From: Setoptus koraiensis
Lineage: Eukaryota > Animalia > Arthropoda
Assembly: GCA_048013815.1 (NCBI GenBank)
Contig: CM106585.1
Coordinates: forward strand, 10,602,001-10,666,000
DNA: 64,000 nt
Direction of reading: 5' to 3'
Shown: positions 61,261 to 64,000 of the stretch, piece by piece
How positions within the stretch are numbered: position 1 is the stretch's first letter
Layout of the letters: the number at the start of each line of letters is the position of its first letter
Made by a program: the position numbers and the translations under genes
The notes under the pieces: generated by a model
Databases searched by the model: none
The model's input: the letters and a program-made list of their open reading frames with translations, nothing else
Told to the model about the DNA's origin: nothing

Positions 61261-62766
61261 CTAAGGTTCAGACTTGAGCTCAAATTTCAACTCATTGATC
61301 TGTTCTTGTAACTTATTCTTGGTAGAGTGGAAATCTCTGTCTTCTTCACAAGGGATCTCTGATCCAACAGACATACGGAGATTCTTCAAATCGGATTCCA
61401 ACTGCTGTTTTTCTTGAATTAAGGCGCTGTTGATTTCCAGCAATTTCTCAAGTTCGGTTTTTAACGATTGCAACTCCTGCCTATCTGTTGCTTGAAGCAT
61501 ACGGACTTTTTCTAGCTCATTTTCCAGAATCCTATTTTGCTCTACAATTGAGGTGATATCTAGCTTAAGATGATTCGATTCCGACTCTAAATGGATCACC
61601 TTTTTCTCCAATTCCAGATTATCTTTATTCTTTTGGTTGAATTTTTTCCTGAACTCATCGCATATTTTTTGAGTTTCAATCAACGTCTTTTGATTGTAAC
61701 TATTAAGGTAGGCGTCATTGCTAGATTTTGTGACTTGAGTGAAATCTTCTCCGATGCGGAAATTTGTGTTCTCGTAATTTTCTATGTCCTTCAATGATGG
61801 ATCGAATCCCTCGAAACTCTTGCTAGCCCTGATTGGCTCATCATCTGAATCTTCTATGGCAGTACTTTCTTGATCCTTGTTTCGCGTGATGAAGTATTTT
61901 CGTCTCTCGTGTTTCACTTGAGAGACGTCCTCAGCTGACATAGACATCTTCCTGACTAGATTACCATGGTTATCAGAGGGTGACTTCTTTAGTTTTTTGC
62001 TCGGAGGCTTGTTTAAGGAATTAACTGCGGCAGTGTTGTTTGAACGCTGGGCTATTTCGATAGGAGTGAGGCCCAAGTTATTTTTGGCATGTAAGTCAGC
62101 TCCTGTTTTGATCAGAGCTTCATAGATTTGTGAATTGAACAGTGGACATTTAACAGCTAAGTGTAGACATGTTTCTCCCCGTGTATTTTTAATACTGCCG
62201 TCACACTTATTTGAATCGATCAAATAGCTTAAGGCAACTATAGATTCTGTCATGAGAACCCAATGAAGGGCCGTGTTACCATCGGAATCTGCTGTGTTTG
62301 GATTCGCACCATGTCGGATAAGGTATTCAACGAGCTGATCGTGACCACATTCGATAGATTTTATCAAGGGCGTTCTGCCATCGCTGTCTTTTATATTAAC
62401 ATTGGCCTTGTTATCGATCAACAATTTCACCAATGAAAAATTCCCATTAACTGTGGCCAAGTGCAGAGGCGATCGTTTGGAATTGTCCTGGTCATTGCAA
62501 TCAATTTTACGAATATACTTCCTGGCTCTTATATCATCGTTTAATAGGCAAGCCCTGTGGAGTTTGTTGAAACTGTTATCAACTTTATTGAGGTCAATAT
62601 TATAAGCTCCTCGAACGATGTGTATGTTTTTTGTAGTCAAGTTTGTTGTTGATACTCTACGCAAAGATTTACCATTTGATCTATCTGCGCCTGGCCAACC
62701 GTTACGATTGATTGCACTCTGATCTAGTGACGGTTGCCGTTTAGTAAGATGGAGGAATTTTTTCAT
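61261..62766 (-). CDS. Ankyrin-repeat + coiled-coil protein, ANKRD26/POTE-family-like (right arm)
   Basis: Translation identical to 51117-52622. Confidence 0.8.
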   Translation of the reverse strand: MKKFLHLTKRQPSLDQSAINRNGWPGADRSNGKSLRRVSTTNLTTKNIHIVRGAYNIDLNKVDNSFNKLHRACLLNDDIRARKYIRKIDCNDQDNSKRSPLHLATVNGNFSLVKLLIDNKANVNIKDSDGRTPLIKSIECGHDQLVEYLIRHGANPNTADSDGNTALHWVLMTESIVALSYLIDSNKCDGSIKNTRGETCLHLAVKCPLFNSQIYEALIKTGADLHAKNNLGLTPIEIAQRSNNTAAVNSLNKPPSKKLKKSPSDNHGNLVRKMSMSAEDVSQVKHERRKYFITRNKDQESTAIEDSDDEPIRASKSFEGFDPSLKDIENYENTNFRIGEDFTQVTKSSNDAYLNSYNQKTLIETQKICDEFRKKFNQKNKDNLELEKKVIHLESESNHLKLDITSIVEQNRILENELEKVRMLQATDRQELQSLKTELEKLLEINSALIQEKQQLESDLKNLRMSVGSEIPCEEDRDFHSTKNKLQEQINELKFELKSEP

Positions 62767-63296
62767 AATACCTAGATACCAGATCGAATCGCTATAACTT
62801 GTTTCTTATCTAATTGTTGCGTTGTCCCATTATTACAAAATAAACAAGAAAGGATAATTACAAACGAAGATGGCGCAGTGTCAACATTAGTAAAGGCAAG
62901 GTTTTCTTATTGCACGACACCTATGATATCAATAGTATTGCCTCTCGAAACGCATTAATTTCTGCAATATGCTGAAACAATCGTGCATTCATGTGTGTGC
63001 AAAGAGAATAAACCGTGAAATGTTCGCAATAACACAAGTAGCAAAACAATAGCACGGTATCGGATAGCAGAGCGCAACTACTTCGGGCTGACTTGTGAGT
63101 GCATTAACACTGAAATATGTGTCGCTTTATCCGGGTATCGCGGGTGAATCCGGGATCTAAATGCCGATTGGGGGAGGGGGGGCGTACCGGGACTCGGCAA
63201 CTTGCAACTTATGGCGCCGTTTGGTCATCACAATGGAGTCCATTTTGTTGTTACACACAACAATGAAAAAGATGTTTTAATCGTTATTTTTCTTTG

Positions 63297-63645
63297 TTAG
63301 CCGAGCAAGTCAAGCCAAACCAAGCCAACCAAGTTGAACGAGTTGACCAAACAGCCAAACGAAACCAAATCAAACCAACCTAACCAACCAAGTCGATGAA
63401 AGCACAAAAAAACCAACCAAGTTAACCAACCCGCCAAAACAACCAACACAGCCAACCAATTTAACCAACCTGCCAAACCAGCCAACACAGCCAAACCAGC
63501 CAACACAGCCAACACGGCCAACCAGCAAAACCAACCAAGTTAACCAACCGGCCAAAACAACCAACACGGCCAACCAACCAAACCAACCAAGTTAACCAAC
63601 CGGCCAAAACAACCAACACAGCCAACCAACCAAGACAAACATGTA
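63297..63645. repeat. A/C-rich compound minisatellite (right arm), about 70 bp shorter than the left copy
   Basis: Reverse complement of 50175-50585 with fewer units; the mirror-coordinate sum shifts from 113883 to 113813. Confidence 0.9.
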
Positions 63646-64000
63646 TCAACGTAGAAGATGTCAAGGACGACAGTCCAATGGCCGCCCATTCATTGTACCA
63701 GACAGTGATAAAAAAGTCGCTACTCGAATGGACAGAGGTTACAGGCCGACCTCAATCTATCAAGTTAGTAGATGGTGCGCGTCGAAGATGTCGACGCAGC
63801 TAATTGACGATAACAATGATGTCGCCACGCAAACTAGTCTACAAACATCTGAAGTCCAAAATGTACGGGTGCCTGATCTCGATGGTCATTTCAGTGAGGT
63901 TCAGGGATCAGTGAGCGATGGCTCAAGCTACGACTCCTCATAAATGGAACAACACTACGACATTCGTAAATTCCACTCGCTGAAGATGGTAACCACGTGT

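Larger units (their letters stand above)
49813..64000. repeat. ~14-kb near-perfect inverted repeat (palindrome), centre ~56,960, essentially no spacer
   Basis: Mirror ORF pairs: 51117-52622/61261-62766, 54688/59196, 55931-56122/57733-57924, 49870-50172/63641-63943. Confidence 0.97.

Overview
Eukaryotic, gene-dense DNA with short GT-AG introns (mostly 40-200 bp), from an arthropod with a compact genome. A ttk-type BTB-zinc-finger gene and a gustatory-receptor-like gene suggest a mite, possibly eriophyoid-like; this is inference only. Positions 1-48.7 kb hold a run of housekeeping and accessory genes: OATP, catalase, an LRR receptor, BTB-ZF, APC7, LRMDA, TAF12, PSMA4, GR-like, CDC45, MRI1, TRMT11, ZDHHC3, CDK2AP1, PI31, SRP68, SPTss, SDHB, an orphan secreted protein and glucocerebrosidase. 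After a 500-N gap, everything from ~49.8 kb to the window end is one ~14-kb palindrome centred near 56.96 kb (ankyrin/coiled-coil gene, KNL1-like gene, calpain-D), with error patterns that point to a long-read fold-back artefact. Main findings: (1) a 346-aa KNL1/Spc105-like kinetochore scaffold that keeps SILK, RVSF, MELT-like and RWD-like modules; (2) shortened SRP68 and PI31; (3) a permuted GBA/TRMT11/EARS2 mosaic at 31.6-34.3 kb with junctions at splice sites; (4) a fold-back MITE-like insertion present in one GBA copy only; (5) a decayed tandem SRP68 copy. No database searches were run. All family calls rest on recognised motifs, and exon boundaries were read by eye.
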